Shown here piece by piece: positions 9,263-17,596 of a stretch of 22,897 bases of DNA. A program made the translations under genes and the position numbers. The DNA is from a bacterium (lineage in GTDB: Bacteria > SZUA-182 > DTGQ01), in the NCBI GenBank assembly GCA_040752695.1, contig JBFMGO010000099.1, forward strand, positions 1 to 22,897. The letters run 5' to 3'. Within the stretch, counting starts at the first letter, position 1. The number at the start of each line of letters is the position of its first letter. A model generated the notes under the pieces. That model did not search any database. It was not told the DNA's origin and was given only the letters and a program-made list of their open reading frames with translations.

Positions 9263-9961
9263 GATTCTGCGATCGACTTCCCTGTATGCTTCCTCGATCT
9301 TGCCAAGGTCTCGCCGAAAACGGTCCTTATCCATTTTTTCACCTGTCTGCAAATCCCAAAGCCTGCATCCATCCGGTGTGATTTCATCAGCCAGTAAAAC
9401 CTGATTGCCATGTCTCCCAAATTCCAGCTTAAAATCGACCAGAGAAATCCCTATCTCCTCAAACCAGTTTTTCAAAAAGGCGTTGACAGCCAAAGCGGTC
9501 TTTTTGATCTCTTCCATTTCCTCGTGACTTGCCAGATTGAATACTGCCACGTGGTCCTCATTGATCATGGGATCGCCCAGAGCATCATCCTTGTAGTAAA
9601 GCTCCAGAATCGCCCGTGAGAGCGAATCCCCCTCCGGCAGTCCAAACCGCTTGGCCAGACTTCCGGCAACCCGGTTCCGCACCACAACTTCCACCGGTAT
9701 GATCTTCACTTTTCTGACCAGCATTTCCCGGTCGCTCAGCCACCGGACGAAATGGCTGGCTATCCCCTGCCGGGCCAGAAGCTGAAAAATATGGCTGGAG
9801 ATCCGGTTGTTGTAGATTCCTTTCTCGACAATGGTGCCTTTCTTCTGAGCGTTGAAGGCCGTGGCATCATCCTTGAAATATTGAATGATCAAATCAGGAT
9901 CTTCGGTTGCATAAAGAATTTTAGCCTTGCCTTCGTATAGTTTTTCTTTTTTTTCCATCAT
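9245..9961 (-). CDS. purC: SAICAR synthetase
   Basis: [37 protein letters not shown] and DKDRFR. Confidence 0.97.
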   Translation of the reverse strand: MMEKKEKLYEGKAKILYATEDPDLIIQYFKDDATAFNAQKKGTIVEKGIYNNRISSHIFQLLARQGIASHFVRWLSDREMLVRKVKIIPVEVVVRNRVAGSLAKRFGLPEGDSLSRAILELYYKDDALGDPMINEDHVAVFNLASHEEMEEIKKTALAVNAFLKNWFEEIGISLVDFKLEFGRHGNQVLLADEITPDGCRLWDLQTGEKMDKDRFRRDLGKIEEAYREVDRRIGEKTS

Positions 9962-10045
9962 TCTTTTCCCTTGCGGTATCCTTAACGATATCCTTCATTA
10001 TCTCCTGTTATTCCTGTTGATTGCTGTTGACTAAGGGTAAAAGCA

Positions 10046-11353
10046 TCAGTCCAGTTCCTGATTGTGAAAAACCCGGTGAAAGAGCGTATCGATATGTTTC
10101 AGGTGGTATGACAGGTCAAAGCAGGCGGACAATTCCTGAGGTGAGAGGTACTGGAGAACCTGCGGGTCCTTGCTCAGAAGCTCCTGAAAGGTTTCTTCTC
10201 CCTGCCATGCCTTCATGGCGTTTTGTTGCACTATCCGATAAGCATCCTCTCGCAGGACCCCTTTGGCTACAAGCTGAAGCAGCACCCTTTGAGAAAAAAT
10301 CAATCCTCCGGTAGATTCCAGGTTTTTTTTCATTCTGTCCGGGTAAACCATGAGATTTTCAATCAATTGTGTCATCTTGGTGAGCATGTAGTCAAGGAGG
10401 ATCGTACTGTCCGGAGCGATAATCCGTTCAACGGAGGAGTGGCTGATATCCCTCTCGTGCCAGAGCGCGACATCCTCAAGGGCTGCCATGGCATTGGCCC
10501 GCAGAATTCTGGCCAGTCCGCACATCTGCTCCGACACCACGGGGTTTCTTTTATGCGGCATGGCTGAAGAACCTTTTTGCCCTTTGGTGAAGGCTTCCTC
10601 CACTTCCAGCACTTCGGTCCGCTGAAGATGCCGGATCTCGGTAGCCATTTTCTCGATACTTGCGCCGACAATAGCCAAGGTGGTGAAGAACTCGGCATGC
10701 CGGTCTCTCTGGATCACCTGGGTGGAAATCGCAGCCGGTCTCAACCCCGCTTTTTGGCAGACATAAACCTCCACCTCAGGCGGTACATTGGCGAAGGTTC
10801 CGACAGCACCGGAAATCTTGCCTACAGCTATGGTCTTTTTGGCCTGATGCAGCCGTTTCAGGTTTCTTTTCATCTCTGCATGCCACAGGGCCATTTTCAG
10901 GCCAAAGGTAACAGGCTCGGCATGAATGCCGTGAGAGCGGCCGATCATGACCGCAGATTTATAGTGCATGGCCTTTTGCTCCAAAACGGCCAGGAGTTTT
11001 TCCACTCCCTGAATCAGAAGATCCGAAGCCTCAACCAGCAAGAGGGCCAGAGAAGTGTCCAGCATATCCGAGGAGGTAAGCCCCATATGCAGGAAATGTG
11101 ATTCCTCCCCTAAGTTTTCTGACACCGCAGTCAAAAAGGCAATAACGTCGTGCTTGACTTCCTTTTCGATTTCATGAATCCGGGCAATTTCAAACCGGGC
11201 ACCCTTTTTAATCTTTTCTACCGCCTCCTTGGGGACTTCTCCTAACTGCGCCCAGGCCTCGACAGCCCAGATTTCAATTTTCAGCCAGGTCTGGAACCGG
11301 TTCTGCGGCTCCCAGATTCTTCCCATATCAGGCAGTGTATATCGCTCTATCAT
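10046..11353 (-). CDS. purB: Adenylosuccinate lyase
   Basis: MIERY, KHDVIAF, TSSD, GRSHGIHAEP and fumarate-lyase signature GSSAMPHKRNP. Confidence 0.97.
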   Translation of the reverse strand: MIERYTLPDMGRIWEPQNRFQTWLKIEIWAVEAWAQLGEVPKEAVEKIKKGARFEIARIHEIEKEVKHDVIAFLTAVSENLGEESHFLHMGLTSSDMLDTSLALLLVEASDLLIQGVEKLLAVLEQKAMHYKSAVMIGRSHGIHAEPVTFGLKMALWHAEMKRNLKRLHQAKKTIAVGKISGAVGTFANVPPEVEVYVCQKAGLRPAAISTQVIQRDRHAEFFTTLAIVGASIEKMATEIRHLQRTEVLEVEEAFTKGQKGSSAMPHKRNPVVSEQMCGLARILRANAMAALEDVALWHERDISHSSVERIIAPDSTILLDYMLTKMTQLIENLMVYPDRMKKNLESTGGLIFSQRVLLQLVAKGVLREDAYRIVQQNAMKAWQGEETFQELLSKDPQVLQYLSPQELSACFDLSYHLKHIDTLFHRVFHNQELD

Positions 11354-11458
11354 TGGTTGCTACCTCATTAAGCTAAGATTTCCCGATATATCGTTCGCTC
11401 ATATGCTGTTTAAATCTGCTATTTTTGTAGTTGCTGTTTACCATGAATCAGTCTCGAT

Positions 11459-11487
11459 ATTATATCACAAGATTCTTTCATATTATA
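11459..11487 (-). promoter_or_regulatory. Extended -10 promoter for purB (two TATAAT boxes)
   Basis: TG-A-TATAAT at 11467-11459 and a second TATAAT at 11487-11482, in AT-rich DNA about 105 bp upstream of purB. Confidence 0.6.
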
Positions 11488-11583
11488 AGTATGATATGAT
11501 ATCCAAATCGATATTCGTTTGCAGGAATTCTTCATTGACCGGTTAATCGGCAGATTTCACACGGTTATACTCCCGATTTTTTT

Positions 11584-11631
11584 TGACAGCCTGTTAATCT
11601 GACAGCCTGCCAATCCGATAGCCTGTCAATT
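11584..11631. repeat. Three 16-bp tandem units with a palindromic core, at the ecfT stop
   Basis: TGACAGCCTGTTAATC / TGACAGCCTGCCAATC / CGATAGCCTGTCAATT; consensus core TGACAG-C-CTGTCA. Confidence 0.85.
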
Positions 11632-12461
11632 CACCAGCCCGGCCAAAACACATACCCGGCCCGGTTCCACCTCAGGATGAGCCCCCCTAAAAATATACCC
11701 ACCAGACAGAGCGCCGCTATATCCCGGCGGTGCAGTTCGGGAAGGTAAAAATGTTGCCTCGTGACTTCTCCGGTATAACCCCTTTGTTCGACGGCCAGAG
11801 CCAGAATCTGGGCTTTTCGCATCGTGGAGAGGAATATTGGTGTGATCAGAGGGACCAGGTTTCTGGCATACCTGAAGAGTCCCTTCTCCCTGGCACATTC
11901 GCCTGCCCTGAGCATCTGGATTTGCGCAATTCGTTTCCCCTCCGAGAGCAGTACAGGGATAAACCGCAAACTCATGACCATCATCAGAGTAATATCCGGC
12001 ACATGAATCCCCAGGCGGTAGAAAGGGTAAAATATGCTTTGAACGCATTTGACCAGTTTGACTGTGGAGGTAGTACGCAGGAGCAGGAAGGAAGCGGTAG
12101 CCAAAAGACAGAGCTGGACAATCAGGGTCAGGCCCTTCTCCACTCCTTCCTGAGTCAGGGTGAGTCCCAGTCCCGGAATATGGTAGAGAACCCGTCCGGG
12201 AGTAAAAAAGAAGTAGAACAGGTTGCCGAAAATGAAAAACCAGAGGAGGAATTTCAGCCTGCTGACCAGGTAAGTGATTGATATTTTGCCTATTTTTGCC
12301 GAAATTAGTAAAAACAGAGCAATACATACCAAAAACCCGGTCGAAGGAATAAAAAAAACCACCCCACAGATTTCGAACAAAATAACCAGCTTCGTCCAGG
12401 GATCCAGGCGGTAAAGAATTGATTCTCGATCTGCACCACCAGCACAGGCGGTTGGAAGCAT
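11631..12461 (-). CDS. ecfT: Energy-coupling factor transporter transmembrane (T) component
   Basis: SILYRLDPWTKL, several TM helices, SLRFIPVL, LVPLITPIF and LALAVEQRGY (CbiQ/EcfT pattern). Confidence 0.88.
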   Translation of the reverse strand: MLPTACAGGADRESILYRLDPWTKLVILFEICGVVFFIPSTGFLVCIALFLLISAKIGKISITYLVSRLKFLLWFFIFGNLFYFFFTPGRVLYHIPGLGLTLTQEGVEKGLTLIVQLCLLATASFLLLRTTSTVKLVKCVQSIFYPFYRLGIHVPDITLMMVMSLRFIPVLLSEGKRIAQIQMLRAGECAREKGLFRYARNLVPLITPIFLSTMRKAQILALAVEQRGYTGEVTRQHFYLPELHRRDIAALCLVGIFLGGLILRWNRAGYVFWPGW

Positions 12462-12515
12462 GCAAAACTATCCCCCCTGATCCGGCCAACCCCGGCTTTC
12501 AGCCCTCGGCAAAAG

Positions 12516-12580
12516 AAAAACCCCCAGACCCCTTCAGAAAGGAAGGAAGTAAAGATCCCCTTTTGAAGAGGGGGCAAAGG
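12516..12580. repeat. REP-like CCCCTT...AAGGGG double hairpin downstream of ftsZ (possible terminator)
   Basis: ACCCCCAGACCCCTTCAGAAAGGAAGG followed by ATCCCCTTTTGAAGAGGGGG; related to the element at 13870-13906. Confidence 0.55.
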
Positions 12581-12592
12581 TTCCCTTTTTTC

Positions 12593-13846
12593 CTAGTCAA
12601 TTTGACGCCGCAGGAAAGTCGGCACATTCAGGTGCTCTTCCTCCTCCTTCTCCTGATCATCCAGGAGCCCCAGATTGTCCGGGAACCTGCCATTAGCTGT
12701 CGATCTTCCCCGTGCAAAGCGGGGACCTGGCGATGGAGCGCTTTCCGTGTCTTCCCTTTTGTCTGTCTTTTTGTCCTGAGCCCGGAGATAAGCTGGAACA
12801 TCCCTGTTTCTTGGATTATAGCTTTCCGGCTTCATTCTGGAGGGCTGGGTGACCACGTTATCCAGCCTCTGCACATTTTCTTCGCTGCGATGGTCAAATC
12901 CTGTAGCAATGACGGTTACCCGAACTTCATCCACCATGCCTTCGTCATGCACGGAACCGAAAATAATGTTGGCATCCTCATGCACCAACTCATAGATGGC
13001 AGAGGATGCTTCATTCACTTCCCACAGGGTCAGATCGCTTCCTCCAGTGATATTGAGCAGGACCCCCCGCGCACCTTCCAGGGAATTATCTTCCAGCAAG
13101 GGACTTGAGATGGCCCTCTTCGTCGCCTCAAGAGCCCGCTTTTCTCCCCTGGCTACGCCGGTTCCCATTAGAGCGGTTCCTTTTTCCGACATAATCGTCT
13201 TTACGTCGGCAAAATCGAGGTTAATCTCTCCATGCTTGGTAATCAGATCGGAAATCCCCTGCACTGCCTGGTGCAGGATCTCATCCGCCATGCTGAAGGC
13301 GCTCTTCATGGAAGTCTGAGGCTCGATGATATTCAATAACCGCTGATTGGGGATCGTGACCAGGGAGTCCACTGACGCCTTCAGCTCCTCGAGCCCTTTG
13401 TCGGCCTGAACCATTCTTCGTTTTCCCTCGAACAGAAAGGGCTTGGTCACCACGGCCACGGTCAGGATACCTGCCTTCTTGGCTATGCCTGCAATAACAG
13501 GGGCCGCACCGGTCCCTGTGCCGCCGCCCATACCGGCAGTAATAAAAATCATATCCGCACCCTGGACAATCTCCAGTATCTTTTCCTCATCCTCCTGAGC
13601 AGCCTTGCGGCCGGTTTCAGGATTTGCTCCGGCTCCCAGCCCCCTGGTCAGCCTGGCTCCCAATTGTAATCGATTCGAAGCAGGAGAATTCTTCAGAGCC
13701 TGCAGGTCTGTATTCACCACATAAAACTCCACACCTTCCATTTTAGAATTGATCATGCGGTTGACTGCGTTGCTTCCGCCTCCTCCTATCCCGACCACCT
13801 TAATATTCGCTGAACATTCGTTCTTTTCTTCCAGATCTAGTGGCAT
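12593..13846 (-). CDS. ftsZ: Cell division protein FtsZ
   Basis: [33 protein letters not shown] and C-terminal peptide [19 protein letters not shown] precedes ATG 13846. Confidence 0.98.
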   Translation of the reverse strand: MPLDLEEKNECSANIKVVGIGGGGSNAVNRMINSKMEGVEFYVVNTDLQALKNSPASNRLQLGARLTRGLGAGANPETGRKAAQEDEEKILEIVQGADMIFITAGMGGGTGTGAAPVIAGIAKKAGILTVAVVTKPFLFEGKRRMVQADKGLEELKASVDSLVTIPNQRLLNIIEPQTSMKSAFSMADEILHQAVQGISDLITKHGEINLDFADVKTIMSEKGTALMGTGVARGEKRALEATKRAISSPLLEDNSLEGARGVLLNITGGSDLTLWEVNEASSAIYELVHEDANIIFGSVHDEGMVDEVRVTVIATGFDHRSEENVQRLDNVVTQPSRMKPESYNPRNRDVPAYLRAQDKKTDKREDTESAPSPGPRFARGRSTANGRFPDNLGLLDDQEKEEEEHLNVPTFLRRQID

Positions 13847-13869
13847 CGCTAAGACCTCCTTCAACGATG

Positions 13870-13906
13870 AAAATCCCCTTCCTCCCCCTTTAGAAAAGGA
13901 GGGGAT
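13870..13906. repeat. REP-like hairpin immediately upstream of the ftsZ RBS
   Basis: AAAATCCCCTTCCTCCCCCTTTAGAAAAGGAGGGGAT, an imperfect inverted repeat. Confidence 0.6.
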
Positions 13907-13916
13907 ATAATTTCCT

Positions 13917-14027
13917 CTTTGTTCTTTCTCGACCTTTGTTCCCTCTCGGCCCTGGCATCATCTCCCGGTCCTTGGCATCATCTCCATGCCATGGCATCAT
14001 CTCTCATCCTTTTACCATCTCTCATCC
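13917..14027. repeat. Chained 17-20 bp-period duplications in the ftsA-ftsZ spacer
   Basis: TGGCATCATCTC three times (13953, 13973, 13992), CATCTCTCATCC twice (13998, 14016), CTTTGTTC twice (13917, 13934). Confidence 0.85.
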
Positions 14028-14241
14028 CGACTCTCAACTTAACATGAGGAAAGAAGGAAGAATGGGAGTCCACCGGGAAAAGGGGCAAGGTGCTCTTCGC
14101 TTTCGACCTAAGTGTCCATTTTTTTCATCTTTCATTACCATGATCATAATTCTTACAGTTCATTTTTCCTGTTCTTCCAGATCAGGTAGCTCGCCATGAC
14201 TTTTTACCATAATTACGAGAAAACTGCAAAAATATAGATCC

Positions 14242-15498
14242 TTAAAAAAAGTCTCTCATCCAATCCTTCATTCGCTTGAGAATGTTCTGAAAAAGATGAC
14301 TATCATTTTGAGGCCTGAAATTGACCTTCTTTTGATTGACCCTTTTTTGGCTGTTTTGCAATCCATAGAGAATCAGCCCGACACCGGTAGCGTACTCAGG
14401 GCTCCTGACAACGTCCGCCAATCCCCCGAAACCTGTAGGGACCCCTATGCGCACCGGCAAATCGAAAATCTGCTCTGAAATCTCCACCATTCCCATCATA
14501 AGCGACGATCCGCCGGTAATAACGACCCCGGCTGGAATCAGATCACCATACCCCGAACTTTTGATTTCCCGATCGACCAGCCCGAAAATCTCTTCGGCCC
14601 TGGGCTCCATGATTTCGGCCAGCACCTGGCGGGACACTGTCCGGGGCTTTCTTCTCCCGACAGTAGGAACATCGATTGTTTCCAGCTCATCCAAAAGGGC
14701 CGCCATCACGCACCCGTGGTCCTTCTTGATCTGCTCGGCTTCCAGGTTCGGGGTCCTTAACCCTACTGCAATATCATGGGTAAAATTGTCGCCTCCAAGT
14801 GAAATAACAGCCGTATGCCGGATGCTTCCATCCACAAAAATAGCCAGATCCGTTGTCCCGCCGCCGATATCGACAACAGCTACACCCAGCTCTTTCTCAT
14901 CCAGGGTAAGGGTAGATTCACTGGAAGCCAATTGCTCCAGAACGATATCTTTCACCTCAAGACCGGCACGGTTTACACTCTTAATAATATTCTGGGCGGA
15001 TGTTACGGCTCCGGTCACAATATGGACCTCCGCTTCCAACCGGACTCCGCTCATTCCCAGGGGCTGCTTGATCTTGTCCTGGTTATCGACAATATACTCC
15101 TGAGGAAGAACATGGATAACTTCCCGATCCACAGGCAGCGCCACGGCCTTGGCCGCATCGATGACACGATCTATATCGGTTTGGACGATCTCCCGGTTTT
15201 TCCCCAGAATGGCAATTACTCCCCGGCTGTTAATGCCTCTGATGTGCCCTCCGGCAATACCGACGTAGGCCGAATCCACCTGAATACCGGACATGACCTC
15301 AGCTTCATGAACCGATCTTTTAATCGATTCGATGGTGCTCTCGAGGTCGATGACCACCCCTTTACGCAGTCCGCGAGAAGGGCTTAAGCCCAGGCCGATA
15401 ATGTCGATTTCCCCCCTGCCGTCTACTTCTCCAATAATGGTGCAGATTTTGGTTGTTCCAATGTCCAGCCCCACGACAAGATTATCTTTCTTGATCAT
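14242..15498 (-). CDS. ftsA: Cell division protein FtsA
   Basis: GLDIGTTKI, VDIGGGTTD, VITGGSS, YATGVGL and C-terminal amphipathic helix; strong SD. Confidence 0.98.
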   Translation of the reverse strand: MIKKDNLVVGLDIGTTKICTIIGEVDGRGEIDIIGLGLSPSRGLRKGVVIDLESTIESIKRSVHEAEVMSGIQVDSAYVGIAGGHIRGINSRGVIAILGKNREIVQTDIDRVIDAAKAVALPVDREVIHVLPQEYIVDNQDKIKQPLGMSGVRLEAEVHIVTGAVTSAQNIIKSVNRAGLEVKDIVLEQLASSESTLTLDEKELGVAVVDIGGGTTDLAIFVDGSIRHTAVISLGGDNFTHDIAVGLRTPNLEAEQIKKDHGCVMAALLDELETIDVPTVGRRKPRTVSRQVLAEIMEPRAEEIFGLVDREIKSSGYGDLIPAGVVITGGSSLMMGMVEISEQIFDLPVRIGVPTGFGGLADVVRSPEYATGVGLILYGLQNSQKRVNQKKVNFRPQNDSHLFQNILKRMKDWMRDFF

Positions 15499-15538
15499 CT
15501 CTCCTCACCTCCTTCTTTTTATTTTCTTCATCCTTCAT

Positions 15539-15574
15539 CCCTGACCTGATCCTAAACCCTGACCTGATCCTAAA
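15539..15574. repeat. Perfect 18-bp duplication spanning the ftsQ stop codon
   Basis: CCCTGACCTGATCCTAAA twice. Confidence 0.9.
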
Positions 15575-16499
15575 GTGGTTTGACAATGAGCTGATTCTTA
15601 TATCTAAGATCAATATATGCAATTCCTGGATTCCCGCTTTCGCTGGAATGACTGACAATATCGCCGGTCCTGGATTGAATGGTGCCCCATAGTGCCTGCA
15701 AATACATTAATTTCTCCTTCAGGTCATCATTTGCTGCAAGGCGAATCTTACGGACTTCTCCTTTGCTGCTGCAAAGAACGATATTGTCAGGTTCTTCCAG
15801 TTCGATTTTTGAAACCTCTTCCATAAGGGCCGCAAACTCACCGGATGCTGCCCCTTCGCTGGCCGCTGACGGAATTTCTATGGTAAAATCCCCCTTATTG
15901 AGCCCCTGATTCTTCATGGCCTGTATCAATGTCAGAGCCTGAAGAGCCGATTGCAGGCAGGAGGAATTAACCGCGCAACCCTCCTTCATCATGTGGGCCG
16001 GATTCATGCCTGCTGCCCCGCCGTTCTCCTTTGAAGGTTCTTTCAGATTCAGACCGGTAATAAGCGGCAGAAAGGCCCACGTCTTTTTACTCCGGATCAT
16101 ATCGATAAGCACCCCTTGCGCATCCACCAGGTAGAGCTGATCGCCAGTTCCTGGGATTTTCCCCAACGGCACCCGCTCTTCTATCTGAATTTCCAAAGTC
16201 GATGGCATAACGCGGTGGATAGAAAGATGCTTAATCCAGCCTATGGAACGGATCTCGCGATAAAGATCCGGTAACCTCACCTTAAAGATGCACTTGCCAT
16301 AGGCCGGATCTGTCAGTTCTTTTATCCTCTCAAGATCGCACTGCCGCGTTCCGGAAATAGTGATTTTGGATATCTGAAAAAGGGCAACCCTGTCCAGGAG
16401 CCGATATCCGGCCCAGGATAAAAGAAAAATGACCAGGCATGAAAGAGCTGCCATGATGCATCTTTTTTTCCAGATCCCTGGTGTTTTCTCTGTGCTCAT
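15570..16499 (-). CDS. ftsQ: Cell division protein FtsQ/DivIB (start uncertain: ATG 16499, TTG 16520 or ATA 16553)
   Basis: Single TM segment, POTRA (FQISKITISG..WIKHLSIHRVMPSTLEIQIEERVP), LVDAQG and C-terminal YIDLRY; located between ddl and ftsA. Confidence 0.9.
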   Translation of the reverse strand: MSTEKTPGIWKKRCIMAALSCLVIFLLSWAGYRLLDRVALFQISKITISGTRQCDLERIKELTDPAYGKCIFKVRLPDLYREIRSIGWIKHLSIHRVMPSTLEIQIEERVPLGKIPGTGDQLYLVDAQGVLIDMIRSKKTWAFLPLITGLNLKEPSKENGGAAGMNPAHMMKEGCAVNSSCLQSALQALTLIQAMKNQGLNKGDFTIEIPSAASEGAASGEFAALMEEVSKIELEEPDNIVLCSSKGEVRKIRLAANDDLKEKLMYLQALWGTIQSRTGDIVSHSSESGNPGIAYIDLRYKNQLIVKPL

Positions 16500-16568
16500 C
16501 GATCTTTCCTGTTTCCTCAAGCGTCTTAAGGATCTTGAGAGTCTGGCCCTTATTCTTCCCCTCCTTTG

Positions 16569-17588
16569 TCAGGGGGAAACCGTCCCGGCCCCCTTGAGAA
16601 GAAGAGGAGATATATTCTCTTTCGAATAGGAGGGGGATGACGGCAGGGCCAGAATCAAAATCCTCTTTACCAGTTCCTCAAAGGATATCCCGGCCACTTT
16701 GGCAGCCTTGGGCAGGAGGCTTGTCTCGGTCATGCCTGGAATAGTATTGATCTCCAGTACAAAGGGGTTTCCCTTTTGATCGATCCTTATATCCACCCTC
16801 GATACTCCTTTGCATCCCAGTGCTCCGTGGGCACGCAATCCCCAGTATTGGACCTGTTGATAAAGGTTTTCATCCAGCCGGGCAGGCACCACATATTCCG
16901 TTTTCCCCACCGTATACTTGGATTCATAATCGTAGAATCCTGAAATCGGGATAACCTCCACCACAGGCAGGGCCTGATCACCCAAAATTCCGACCGTGAC
17001 CTCCCGGCCATCGATAAACTCTTCAATCAATGCTTCTTCTCCATACCGGAAGGCATGGTTACAGGCAGCCTCCAACCCGTCAGGGGATCTGACTATCGAA
17101 ATACCGAAAGTGGACCCCTCCTCACAGGGTTTGATGACAATCGGATACTGCCAGACCAGATCCCTGGCTTTAGCCGGATCGGAAAGGAAATCCCCTTTCG
17201 TCAAAACCGTAAATCGCGGCGTGGGAATATGATGAAAGTTCAGTACGGCCTTGGTCTTTGCCTTGTGAAAGGCAAGTGCGCTGGCAAGAACGCTGGACCC
17301 GGTATAGGGTATGCCCATGATCTCAAGGAGCCCTTGAACCGATCCATCCTCTCCATATTTACCATGCAGCGCCAAAAAGACCAGATCGATATCCTCGGCA
17401 TGGAGTTTGGTGGCGAGTTGGCTGTCGGCATCGATGGCTGCCACCTGAAAACCCTGGCTTCGCAGAGCCTTCTCGATAGCACTTCCCGTTTTGAGTGATA
17501 TTTCACGCTCCGAAGAGTTCCCTCCCATCAAGACAGCAATTTTCATCTTGGCTAAATCCTCCTCAGTGGTTACGAATAGCTTGGCCAT
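16569..17588 (-). CDS. ddl: D-alanine--D-alanine ligase (alternative start ATG 17546)
   Basis: IAVLMGGNSSEREISL, LHGKYGEDG, FYDYESKY, SRVD and EINTIPGMT. Confidence 0.96.
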   Translation of the reverse strand: MAKLFVTTEEDLAKMKIAVLMGGNSSEREISLKTGSAIEKALRSQGFQVAAIDADSQLATKLHAEDIDLVFLALHGKYGEDGSVQGLLEIMGIPYTGSSVLASALAFHKAKTKAVLNFHHIPTPRFTVLTKGDFLSDPAKARDLVWQYPIVIKPCEEGSTFGISIVRSPDGLEAACNHAFRYGEEALIEEFIDGREVTVGILGDQALPVVEVIPISGFYDYESKYTVGKTEYVVPARLDENLYQQVQYWGLRAHGALGCKGVSRVDIRIDQKGNPFVLEINTIPGMTETSLLPKAAKVAGISFEELVKRILILALPSSPSYSKENISPLLLKGAGTVSP

Positions 17589-17596
17589 AATCCTCC

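Noticed and set aside
11626..12489. 287-aa alternative-frame ORF over ecfT
   Set aside because: No recognisable motifs; the ecfT frame explains the region.
14201..14229. Internal ftsZ promoter TTGCAG-N17-TAAAAA
   Set aside because: The -10 lacks the conserved final T; too weak to call without TSS data.
16569..16571. Selenocysteine at the ddl TGA
   Set aside because: The downstream sequence is purine-rich with no bacterial SECIS-like hairpin, and the position is not a catalytic Cys site.
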